Part shown: positions 28,918 through 36,674 of the stretch, in pieces | How positions within the stretch are numbered: position 1 is the stretch's first letter | Layout of the letters: each line of letters opens with the position of its first letter | NCBI GenBank assembly: GCA_963719225.1 | Contig: CAVRAY010000001.1 | Span: 2,720,001-2,784,000 of the forward strand | Origin: Thermoanaerobaculia bacterium | Lineage (GTDB): Bacteria; Acidobacteriota; Thermoanaerobaculia; UBA5066 | Direction: 5' to 3' | Length of the DNA stretch: 64,000 nucleotides | Translations under genes and position numbers: made by a program | Notes under the pieces: generated by a model | What the model saw: the letters and a program-made list of their open reading frames with translations, nothing else | The model's database searches: none | Told to the model about the DNA's origin: nothing

Positions 28918-29931
28918 TCAGCCGCCGATCTCGCTCATGTTGCGGGCATGAAGGGGCAGCGTCGCCTTGTTCATCCCGACGAACATGGGGTGCCGCTCTT
29001 CCTTGATCGTGGCCGCGCGGATCACGAGCGCGCGCAGCTCTTCGTCGCTCGCTCCCGCGCGCATCGGCTTCAGGAGGTCCACGTCCGCGTGTCCGAAGAG
29101 ACAGCCCTTGAGGAAGCCGTCCTGCGTGAGGCGCATGCGGTTGCAGGTGTCGCAGAACCTGTCCGAGACCGGCGTGATGAAACCGATCGAGCCCGTATGC
29201 GCGCCGGCGGGCGACGTGACCGAATACTCGTCTGCGGGTCCGGCCACGAGCGTCTTCGAGATCGGCGTGAGGACGTAGCCGGCGGCGGCGAGGCGGTCCC
29301 ACACCTCCTCCCACCCCACCCAGTCGGATTCCTTCCAGTCGTTGTCGCCGAACGGCATGAACTCGATGAAGCGCACGCCGAGCTTCTTGTCCTTCGTCAT
29401 CGCCGCGAGCGGAAGGATCTGATCGTCGTTCAGGCCGCGGATGACGACCGCGTTGATCTTGATGGAGTCGAACGGGAGCGAAAGGGCGAGGGCGATCGAA
29501 TCGACGACCGGCTTGAAGTGGTCGCGCCGCGTCATTTTTCGGAAATGCTCGGCTTCGGCCGCGTCCAGAGAGACGTTCACCTTCGTGAGGCCCGCCGCGA
29601 GAAGGTCGTGCGCCATCCTCGGAAAGAGGACGCCGTTCGTCGACATCGCGATCCCGCCCGGAAATCCGATTTCGGCCAGGTCGCGCACGATGTCCACGAG
29701 ATCGGGACGCGTCGTGGGCTCCCCGCCCGTGATGCGGATCTTCTCGACGCCGAAATCCGCGAGGAGGCGCGCCGTACGGCGGATCTCGTCGCGCGAGAGG
29801 AGGTGCGGCAGCGGCCGGAACTTCTGGTCCTCCGGCATGCAGTAGATGCAGCGAAGGTTGCACCGGTCGGTGACGGAGATGCGAACGTAGGTGATGCGGC
29901 GTCCGTGCCCGTCGATGAGCGCCCGCTCCAT
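28918..29931 (-). CDS. moaA: GTP 3',8-cyclase MoaA (radical SAM)
   Basis: RISVTDRCNLRCIYCMP, FIEFMP, FCDTCNRMRLT.DG..KGCL, C-terminal MS.IGG. Confidence 0.97.
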   Translation of the reverse strand: MERALIDGHGRRITYVRISVTDRCNLRCIYCMPEDQKFRPLPHLLSRDEIRRTARLLADFGVEKIRITGGEPTTRPDLVDIVRDLAEIGFPGGIAMSTNGVLFPRMAHDLLAAGLTKVNVSLDAAEAEHFRKMTRRDHFKPVVDSIALALSLPFDSIKINAVVIRGLNDDQILPLAAMTKDKKLGVRFIEFMPFGDNDWKESDWVGWEEVWDRLAAAGYVLTPISKTLVAGPADEYSVTSPAGAHTGSIGFITPVSDRFCDTCNRMRLTQDGFLKGCLFGHADVDLLKPMRAGASDEELRALVIRAATIKEERHPMFVGMNKATLPLHARNMSEIGG

Positions 29932-29957
29932 GCCGCCTCCCTGAGATCGAGTCTAGC

Positions 29958-30485
29958 TCAGCCGGTCTCTCCCCGCCGCCACCTTCCGCTCTTGCCGCCC
30001 GTTTTCTCGAGGAGGGCGATTTCGCGGATCTCGATGCCCTTGTCCGCCGCCTTGCACATGTCGTACAGCGCGAGCGCCGCGGCGGAGGCCGCGACGAGCG
30101 CTTCCATCTCGTATCCGGTCTTTCCGGTTCCCCTGACCTCGGTCGTGATCTCGACCGCCCACGCCCGACGGCGGGGCTCCAGGCGCACGGCGACCGAGTC
30201 GAACGCGAGCGGATGGCAGAGCGGGATCCACTCGGCCGTGCGCTTGGCCGCCTGGATCCCCGCGAGGCGCGCGACGGCGAGAGCGTCGCCCTTCCGGTTC
30301 ATGGCGGAATCGAGCGAGAGGAAGGCGGTGCTTCCGAGGGACACGAGGGCGCGGGCGCGAGCCGTGCGAACGGTCAGCCGCTTGGACGAGACGTCCACCA
30401 TGCGGGCGCGCCCCTCAGCGTCGAGGTGACTGAGCGGCCGTGCCAGACGGTCCGTCCGCCGGGACTTCGCTTTGGAGCGCTTCAT
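29958..30485 (-). CDS. moaC: Cyclic pyranopterin monophosphate synthase MoaC
   Basis: LSHLD..G.ARMVDVS.K, KGD, AAKRT...IPLCHPL, TGYEMEAL, LYDMCKA, KTGGKSG; the annotated start overlaps the mobA end. Confidence 0.96.
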   Translation of the reverse strand: MKRSKAKSRRTDRLARPLSHLDAEGRARMVDVSSKRLTVRTARARALVSLGSTAFLSLDSAMNRKGDALAVARLAGIQAAKRTAEWIPLCHPLAFDSVAVRLEPRRRAWAVEITTEVRGTGKTGYEMEALVAASAAALALYDMCKAADKGIEIREIALLEKTGGKSGRWRRGETG

Positions 30486-31047
30486 ATTCCTCCGGGGTGT
30501 TGACGTTGAAGAAACCGGACGGAGAGCCGCCCGCCATCGCAGCCGTGACTTCCTCCGGAATGAGGACCGCGTGAAACGAAAGGAGCGCGGCGACGAGGGA
30601 GTAATCGCCGGCCTCGAGACGTGCGCGGAGCGGCGCGAGCGCGGAGCGCCTCCAGACGGCGCACAGCGGCTGCGGCCGCCCGCCCGAAACCGGCACCACG
30701 GCGGGAGCGTGAATCGCCTCGGCGACGTCGAGCAGAGCCGCGAGAAAGGACTCCGGACAGCGCGGCACGTCCGCCGCGAGGACGAGGTTCGTCTCCTCCG
30801 GCGAGAACGCCAGCGCCGTCGCGACGCCGAACGCCGCGGCGACTTCGGGTGCCTCGTCGGTCACGTAGGGAAAGCGCGAGTCGGCGAAGGCTTCGGGGTC
30901 CTTCCCGACGAGTGCGACGCGCCCGCAGACGACTGCCAGCTTCTCCGCCTGATGGAGAGCCATCGGAACCCCCCGGTAAGGCAGGCGCGTCTTGTCGCGG
31001 CCCATCCGCGCCGAGCGACCGCCCACGAGGACAAACCCGTATGGCAT
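30415..31047 (-). CDS. mobA: Molybdenum cofactor guanylyltransferase MobA
   Basis: GFVLVGGRSARMGRDK, A.DVP, QPLCAVW, FNVNTPEEY. Confidence 0.9.
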   Translation of the reverse strand: MPYGFVLVGGRSARMGRDKTRLPYRGVPMALHQAEKLAVVCGRVALVGKDPEAFADSRFPYVTDEAPEVAAAFGVATALAFSPEETNLVLAADVPRCPESFLAALLDVAEAIHAPAVVPVSGGRPQPLCAVWRRSALAPLRARLEAGDYSLVAALLSFHAVLIPEEVTAAMAGGSPSGFFNVNTPEEYEALQSEVPADGPSGTAAQSPRR

Positions 31048-31056
31048 CGTGGCGGG

Positions 31057-31806
31057 ATGCTACCGCCTTCGCCGGGGCCCGCTCGCATCGCGGTCATCGT
31101 TCCGCTGGCGGCCGGCGAAGCAGCGCCACCGGAGATTTTCTTCGAAAGGGTGCTGGGAGCGGAGAAACCCGTTTCACTCGTCGTGGCGGCGGATTCGGAG
31201 ATTTCTTCGAATGTCCGTGAGGCCTTCGCGCGGGCGGGCGCCCGTGTTCACATCTCTACGGCTCCACGCGGACAGCGCCTGCGCGAGGCCGCTCTCTTCA
31301 CCTTCAAAGATTCTTCTCCCTCGTCCTCGTCTTCCTCCTCCTCTTCACCAGAAACTTCTGTCTTCCTCTTTCTCCACGCCGACACACTTCTGCCTCAGCG
31401 CTGGGAGAAGGCCGTCCGCGACGCGATCGCTTCGGGCGCCGTCGGCGGCGCGTTCCGGCTGTCCTTCTCCGGCGGCGGAGCGCGCATGAGGTGGGTCGCG
31501 TTCTGGGCGAACGCCCGCAGCGCGTTCACACGCGTGCCGTACGGCGACCAGGCTCCCTTCGTACGGAATGACGTCTACGAGAGGCTCGGCGGCCATCCGC
31601 CCTGGCCGCTTCTCGACGACTGGGATTTCGCGAGGAGGCTCAGGAACGAGGGTCGGATAATGATCCTCGAGAACGCGGTCGAAACTTCGCCCCGGCGCTA
31701 TCTCGAGCGTGGCGTCGCCCGCACGATCTGGAAGAACTGGAAGACGCTTTGGCGTTTCCGGAGGGGCGCGACGCCGGAAGAGCTCGCGCGGGAGTACCGG
31801 AGGTAG
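31057..31806 (+). CDS. GT2-family glycosyltransferase (TIGR04283-like), with a poly-Ser insertion
   Basis: FLFLHADT.L, GGAF.L.F, PYGDQ..F, GG.P..PLLDD, TSPRRY; start uncertain. Confidence 0.82.
   Translation: MLPPSPGPARIAVIVPLAAGEAAPPEIFFERVLGAEKPVSLVVAADSEISSNVREAFARAGARVHISTAPRGQRLREAALFTFKDSSPSSSSSSSSSPETSVFLFLHADTLLPQRWEKAVRDAIASGAVGGAFRLSFSGGGARMRWVAFWANARSAFTRVPYGDQAPFVRNDVYERLGGHPPWPLLDDWDFARRLRNEGRIMILENAVETSPRRYLERGVARTIWKNWKTLWRFRRGATPEELAREYRR
31134..31375. repeat. Dispersed motif cluster 4
   Basis: GATTTTCTTCGAAAGGGTG 31134; GATTTCTTCGAATG 31200; inverted TTCACCTTCAAAGATTC 31297-31313, then a pyrimidine tract. Confidence 0.75.
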
Positions 31807-31808
31807 TC

Positions 31809-33512
31809 TCACTTCTTCGTCGCCGCAGGCCCCTTCTGCCGTGAGAGCTCAGCGTCGAAGCCGGGAAGGATGGCCCGGAAGAACGCGTTCTCGATGAGGC
31901 GGACGATGATCTCGAGCGTGCTCGCGTGCGCGGTGTCGACGGGCCCCACGACGCGCGCCTTCGTGGCGACTTCGTTCCGCTGGCGGTTCTCGAGCAGCTT
32001 CGCTACTCCCCCGACGAGCTTCTCGTACAGCTTCTTGAAGAGGCTCTTCTCGGCGTCCTGCCGGGCGTCGTAGACCTTCATCTCGCGGAACAGCGGCTTC
32101 ACGTAGCCGTCGACCGCTCCGTTCTTCACCTTGAGCTCGCAGAAGAACGAAAACGCGCCGGCCGTGACGTCGAACTTGCCGTACGCCCGGAGGAGATCGT
32201 TCATGAGCCGCATGTCGGTTTCGTGGATGGAGACCGCGATGTCGAAGTCGGGGCCTTTCGCGTCCGGTCGGAACGTCGCCTTCGCCTCCGCGGGTCCGTT
32301 CCCCAGAAAACGCCCGGAGGCGCGAACGATCGCGGGGCCGGTACGAAGGCCGTTCGAGAGATTCGTGGCCGTGACCGACGCGGCGGACACGAAGACGCGA
32401 TAGGCCGGATCCCTCGCCTTGTTCACGAATCCGAGCTCGCTGTCGGCGATGACGAGCCGATCCACGCGGAGATCCGTGTGTGGCGCGGCGGCGGCTTTCT
32501 TGGCCGCCTGCTTCACGGCCTCGACTTGAGCCTTCTCCTTCGGCGCCGTGCCGGCCGTGTGGAGGTAGTCGATCGTGACTTTCCGGAGGCCGAGCTCGCG
32601 CACGTGGACGACCTGGATGTTCGAGGCGGACTCGAGCTCGCCGGACGTCGACACGATCCCGCCCTTCACGACGAGGTTGGACCGGGCCACCAACGGCCGG
32701 AACGGCCCGAGGGGAACGTCGACCAGGTCGAACAAGACGTGGAAACCGGGATAGGGCTCCGCGAGGAAGTCCGCGTGCCCCTCGATCGATCCCCGGCCGC
32801 TCCCGAGGATCACGCCCGTCGCCTCGACCGGCGAAGGATAGACGTGCGCCTTCGAATGGATGTTGCGGATGTTCGTGGCGCGGATCTTGAGGCGCGTGAC
32901 GCGCAGCGGCTCCGATTTTTCGTCGTCGATGTACGTGAGATCGCCGTCGTTCACCCGGAGGAGATTGATCTTCAGCGGGTAGATCGACTCGAGCGCCTGC
33001 TGCCATCCCCGTTGATTCACGGGAACGGCGTCCGCGACCTCCTTCAGCAGCTGCGGTCGATTCACGTGGAGCTCCGGCCGGTCGAAGAGAAAATCGGCGA
33101 CGAGGTGGAGCGTCAGGAGCTCCTTCCAATGCACGCTCGCCTTCAGGTGCGGCAGGGCCATCACCGGCGGATCGGGGTTCGCCAGCTGGGCCACCGAGAC
33201 GTTCCGCAGGGTGACCGAGAGGCCGAAGAGGTTGAGGTGGGCATGGCCGACCGAAGCCTTGTACCCCTTCAGCTTCTGGTTCATGTTCGATTCGATCGTG
33301 CGCCGGAGCGGCTCGTCTCCGAAGAACGTGGCGACGAAGAAGATCGCGAGGAGGACGCCGACCACTCCGAGGGGCCACCGCCAGCGCCGCCAGCGGGACG
33401 GCGCCGTCTGTCGATGGATCCGAGGCTCGGAGCGCTTCGGTTCGTCCCGTTCGACCCGCTCGTCCCGCTCGTCCGGTTCCTCGCCTTCGTGGCGTCGGAC
33501 AACTCTGCTCAC
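31809..33512 (-). CDS. DUF748/AsmA-like envelope protein
   Basis: N-terminal TM anchor, beta-rich body, C-terminal GYVKP.F..KVYD...KLYEKLVGGVAKLLEN...NAFFRAILPGF. Confidence 0.8.
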   Translation of the reverse strand: MSRVVRRHEGEEPDERDERVERDEPKRSEPRIHRQTAPSRWRRWRWPLGVVGVLLAIFFVATFFGDEPLRRTIESNMNQKLKGYKASVGHAHLNLFGLSVTLRNVSVAQLANPDPPVMALPHLKASVHWKELLTLHLVADFLFDRPELHVNRPQLLKEVADAVPVNQRGWQQALESIYPLKINLLRVNDGDLTYIDDEKSEPLRVTRLKIRATNIRNIHSKAHVYPSPVEATGVILGSGRGSIEGHADFLAEPYPGFHVLFDLVDVPLGPFRPLVARSNLVVKGGIVSTSGELESASNIQVVHVRELGLRKVTIDYLHTAGTAPKEKAQVEAVKQAAKKAAAAPHTDLRVDRLVIADSELGFVNKARDPAYRVFVSAASVTATNLSNGLRTGPAIVRASGRFLGNGPAEAKATFRPDAKGPDFDIAVSIHETDMRLMNDLLRAYGKFDVTAGAFSFFCELKVKNGAVDGYVKPLFREMKVYDARQDAEKSLFKKLYEKLVGGVAKLLENRQRNEVATKARVVGPVDTAHASTLEIIVRLIENAFFRAILPGFDAELSRQKGPAATKK

Positions 33513-33523
33513 CCAAGGCGGGG

Positions 33524-33539
33524 AGCAAGTGGAATGCCA
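33524..33539 (-). promoter_or_regulatory. Sigma54 (-24/-12) promoter of the DUF748 gene
   Basis: Minus strand TGGCATTCCACTTGCT (GG-N10-GC). Confidence 0.65.
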
Positions 33540-33584
33540 CAGGTCCCGGAAGAAAATTCCAGCCGGTGTGCGGACGAGAACCCT

Positions 33585-34787
33585 CTAGACGAGCTTGAGG
33601 ATGTGCCCCATTTTGGCCTTCTTCGTCGTCAGGTAGTCGCGCGTGCCGTCCGTGGGAGGAATTTCAAGCGGGACGCGCTCGACGATCTCGAGGCCGTAGC
33701 CGTCGATGGCGACGTACTTCGACGGGTTGTTCGTGAGGAGGCGGATCTTGCGCACGCCGAGGTCCCGCAGGATCTGGCAGCCGATGCCGTAGTCGCGGAC
33801 GTCGGGCGCGAAGCCGAGCTTCTCGTTCGCGGCCACGGTGTCGAGGCCCTGCTCCTGCAGCTCGTAGGCCCGCAGCTTGTTCACGAGACCGATGCCCCGG
33901 CCCTCCTGGAGGAGATAGAGGAGGACGCCCTTGCCTTCCCGCGCGATCAGCTCCATCGCGCGCTCGAGCTGCGTCCCGCAGTCGCAGCGCTCCGAGTGGA
34001 AAACGTCGCCGGTGAGGCAGGAGGAATGGACGCGGACGAGGACCGGCTCGTCCTCGCTCCACTCTCCCGCCACGAGCGCGACGTGCTCCTCGTGCGTGAC
34101 GTCGGACCGGTAGGCGACGACGCGGAACAGGCCGCGGCGCGTCGGCAGCGTGGGCGAGGCCAGGCGCTGCACGAGGCGTTCGGTGCGCATCCGGTGGCGG
34201 ATGATGTCGGCCACGGACACGATCGGGATGCCGTGCTTCTCGGAGACGAGGAGAAGGTCCGGGACGCGGGCCATCGTCCCGTCCTCGTTCATGATCTCGC
34301 AGATGACGGCGGCGGGCGCGAGGCCGGCGATGCGCGCGAGGTCGACGGACGCCTCCGTCTGACCCGCCCGCTTCAGGACGCCGCCCTTCCGCGCTCTCAG
34401 CGGGAACGTGTGGCCGGGCCTCAGCAGGTCGTGGGGCTTCGTCTTCGGGTCGATGAGCGTCTTCACCGTCACCGCGCGGTCGGCCGCCGAGATGCCCGTC
34501 GTCGTCTTGCCGCGCGCCTCGACGGACACGGTGAAGGCCGTCCCGTAGTTGGACGTGTTCTGTTCGACCATCGGGTGCAGGTCCAGCTCGTCGCAGCGCT
34601 CTTCCGTCAAGGAGACGCAGACGAGGCCGCGGCCTTCGCGCGCCATGAAATTGATCGCGGCCGGCGTGACGTGCTCGGCCGCGAGGCACAGGTCGCCCTC
34701 GTTCTCGCGGTCCTCATCGTCGACGATGATCACGAAGCGGCCCTGCTTGTAGGCAGCCGCTGCCTGGGTGACGGAAACGAATCCCAC
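33585..34787 (-). CDS. ribBA: Bifunctional DHBP synthase / GTP cyclohydrolase II
   Basis: [54 protein letters not shown]. Confidence 0.97.
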   Translation of the reverse strand: MGFVSVTQAAAAYKQGRFVIIVDDEDRENEGDLCLAAEHVTPAAINFMAREGRGLVCVSLTEERCDELDLHPMVEQNTSNYGTAFTVSVEARGKTTTGISAADRAVTVKTLIDPKTKPHDLLRPGHTFPLRARKGGVLKRAGQTEASVDLARIAGLAPAAVICEIMNEDGTMARVPDLLLVSEKHGIPIVSVADIIRHRMRTERLVQRLASPTLPTRRGLFRVVAYRSDVTHEEHVALVAGEWSEDEPVLVRVHSSCLTGDVFHSERCDCGTQLERAMELIAREGKGVLLYLLQEGRGIGLVNKLRAYELQEQGLDTVAANEKLGFAPDVRDYGIGCQILRDLGVRKIRLLTNNPSKYVAIDGYGLEIVERVPLEIPPTDGTRDYLTTKKAKMGHILKLV

Positions 34788-34835
34788 TTTTTTCGTCCTT
34801 TCGGAATCCCAACGCGCCGCCGCGGGCGCCGCGCG

Positions 34836-36209
34836 TCAATTGTATCGGGAGGCGCCCGACCCGCCGGCCGGCGAGCCTCCGTCGAGGCGGTATCCCTTGA
34901 AGGGATGGTTCGCCAGGACGGACCTCTTCCCGATCTCCTTGACGAGAGTCTTCAGAAAGCCCTCGAACTGATGGGCGGCGGGCAGGAAGGACCTCGGCGG
35001 CCGCTCGCGGGAGAAACCGGCGAGGAAACGCTCGAACAGCGACCAGTCCTTGAACATGAGGTGACGCATGCCGCTCCGGCGGAAGGATTCGAGCTCGGCC
35101 ACGAGAGTCTTGAGCGACTTCTTGTCCGGCGCCTTCACGAAGTCGTGGGTCGCCTTCACGAGCTGGGAGATCTCGTCCCTCAGGACGAGGCTCTGGTCGA
35201 GCCGCGTCCGGTACTCGGGGAAGAGCGTCCGCTCGTCGAGCCCGGACGAGAAGGTCTCGGCCAGCGCGATGACGCTCTGCTGGTAGAGGTCGCGCACCAG
35301 GGCGGCCGCGTCCTCGAGGCGCGTGAGGACGAGGGCCGGATCCTTCATGAGCACGACGTCGACGAGCTCGACGTCCATGACCTTCTTCACCTCCGCCTCG
35401 AATGCGGTGACGATGCGTCGAAGCCCTGCGGCCTGGGGCGACGCTTCCGGGAAGCGTGGCGCGAGACGCTTCGAGATGAACGACGAGATCGACTCGCTCT
35501 CACCCTTGAGGAGGCTGAAGACGAGAAGAGCACGGGTGCGCGTCAGGGGCGACCCGGCCGCGGTGCGCGCGCGGTCCGCGTAGCGCAGGCCCTTGAAGAG
35601 CGCCACGAAGAGAGCTGCGAGCGCGCCCCGGTGCGAGGGTTCGGGCAGGCTCTCGAGCACCCGGCCGAGCGACTGCTTCGACTCCTTGTCGAGGACCGGC
35701 CTCAGGTTCTCGCGGAAGAGAACGCCGAGATTGGGATCGTGCCGGAGCGTGCCGACCACGATCCGGCCGAGCGACAGGTACGTCTGGAGCGCGACGAACG
35801 GCGCCCGCGAGAGCTCGTCGAGGATCTTCGCGAAGTCCTCGAGCTTCTCGACGACGAGCGCGAGCTCCGTCTCGGCGTTCCCGCGGCGGCGCGCGGCCAT
35901 CTCGCCGCTGCCCGTCCGCTGGACCTGGCTGTCGAGGTACACGAGGAACGACGCGAGGTCTTCCTTCCCTTCCCCGAGGAGCTGCGTCGTCAGCATCGCC
36001 ATGTGGGCCACGCCGGCGCGTACGGCTCCCACTTCCTCGACGTAGTTCTTGAGCGACGCGTGCGAACGCTCGAACGCCGAGAGCGGCAGGCAGTCGATCT
36101 GGAAGAACCGCTCGAGGCCCCTCAGCCACATCTCCATCTCGAACAGGTAGTCGTACTTGACGCGGTTCGAAAAGAGCGCCGAAGTCTCGAGAACCGTGAA
36201 GCGGGGCAT
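34836..36209 (-). CDS. Hypothetical protein, likely alpha-helical (457 aa)
   Basis: Long ORF with host-like codon usage and TAGAAT just upstream; no recognised family. Confidence 0.8.
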   Translation of the reverse strand: MPRFTVLETSALFSNRVKYDYLFEMEMWLRGLERFFQIDCLPLSAFERSHASLKNYVEEVGAVRAGVAHMAMLTTQLLGEGKEDLASFLVYLDSQVQRTGSGEMAARRRGNAETELALVVEKLEDFAKILDELSRAPFVALQTYLSLGRIVVGTLRHDPNLGVLFRENLRPVLDKESKQSLGRVLESLPEPSHRGALAALFVALFKGLRYADRARTAAGSPLTRTRALLVFSLLKGESESISSFISKRLAPRFPEASPQAAGLRRIVTAFEAEVKKVMDVELVDVVLMKDPALVLTRLEDAAALVRDLYQQSVIALAETFSSGLDERTLFPEYRTRLDQSLVLRDEISQLVKATHDFVKAPDKKSLKTLVAELESFRRSGMRHLMFKDWSLFERFLAGFSRERPPRSFLPAAHQFEGFLKTLVKEIGKRSVLANHPFKGYRLDGGSPAGGSGASRYN

Positions 36210-36242
36210 GGACCATTCTAAGCCCGCCCTGATTCATCTGCA

Positions 36243-36278
36243 TGAGAGTCTCGCGCCGCCTGGCGCGCGAGACTCTCA
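36243..36278. repeat. Perfect 14-bp inverted repeat in a divergent intergenic region
   Basis: TGAGAGTCTCGCGC-N8-GCGCGAGACTCTCA. Confidence 0.7.
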
Positions 36279-36281
36279 ACC

Positions 36282-36674
36282 GTGCGCGAGGCGACGCAGC
36301 CGCTTCCCGATCATTACCTGACGAGCCCGCGGCTCCGGCGCGAACGCCGGACGCTCGAGGCGATGCTTCGTATCTACTGCGGCGCGCACGACCACCAGAC
36401 GCCGGAGAACCGTCTTTGCGGCGGCTGTGCCGATCTGAGGGACTACGCGGCCGCACGGCTGAGGCACTGCCCCTACGGCGACGAGAAGCCCACGTGCGCG
36501 AGCTGTCCCATTCATTGCTACCGTCCCGACCGCCGCGAGCGCGTGAAGGAGGTCATGCGATTCTCGGGGCCGCGCATGCTCCTCTTCCATCCCGTCCTCG
36601 CGGTCCGGCACCTCCGCGACGAGCGGCGGCGGGCTCCCGCCCGTCCCGCGGCCGCGAGGCTTCAGAAGGGATAG
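36282..36674 (+). CDS. YgbA-like (nitrous oxide-stimulated promoter family) Cys-rich protein
   Basis: RE..T..AM..IYC..H...LC..C..L..YA..RL..CP.G..KPTC..CPIHCY....VMRFSGPRML..HP..A..HL. Confidence 0.88.
   Translation: MREATQPLPDHYLTSPRLRRERRTLEAMLRIYCGAHDHQTPENRLCGGCADLRDYAAARLRHCPYGDEKPTCASCPIHCYRPDRRERVKEVMRFSGPRMLLFHPVLAVRHLRDERRRAPARPAAARLQKG

Noticed and set aside
34788-34835. FMN riboswitch upstream of ribBA
   Set aside because: The gap is only 48 bp and lacks RFN consensus blocks
31926-36221. 1431-aa plus-strand ORF
   Set aside because: Antisense shadow of DUF748, ribBA and the hypothetical gene; typical of high-GC codon bias, with no recognisable domains
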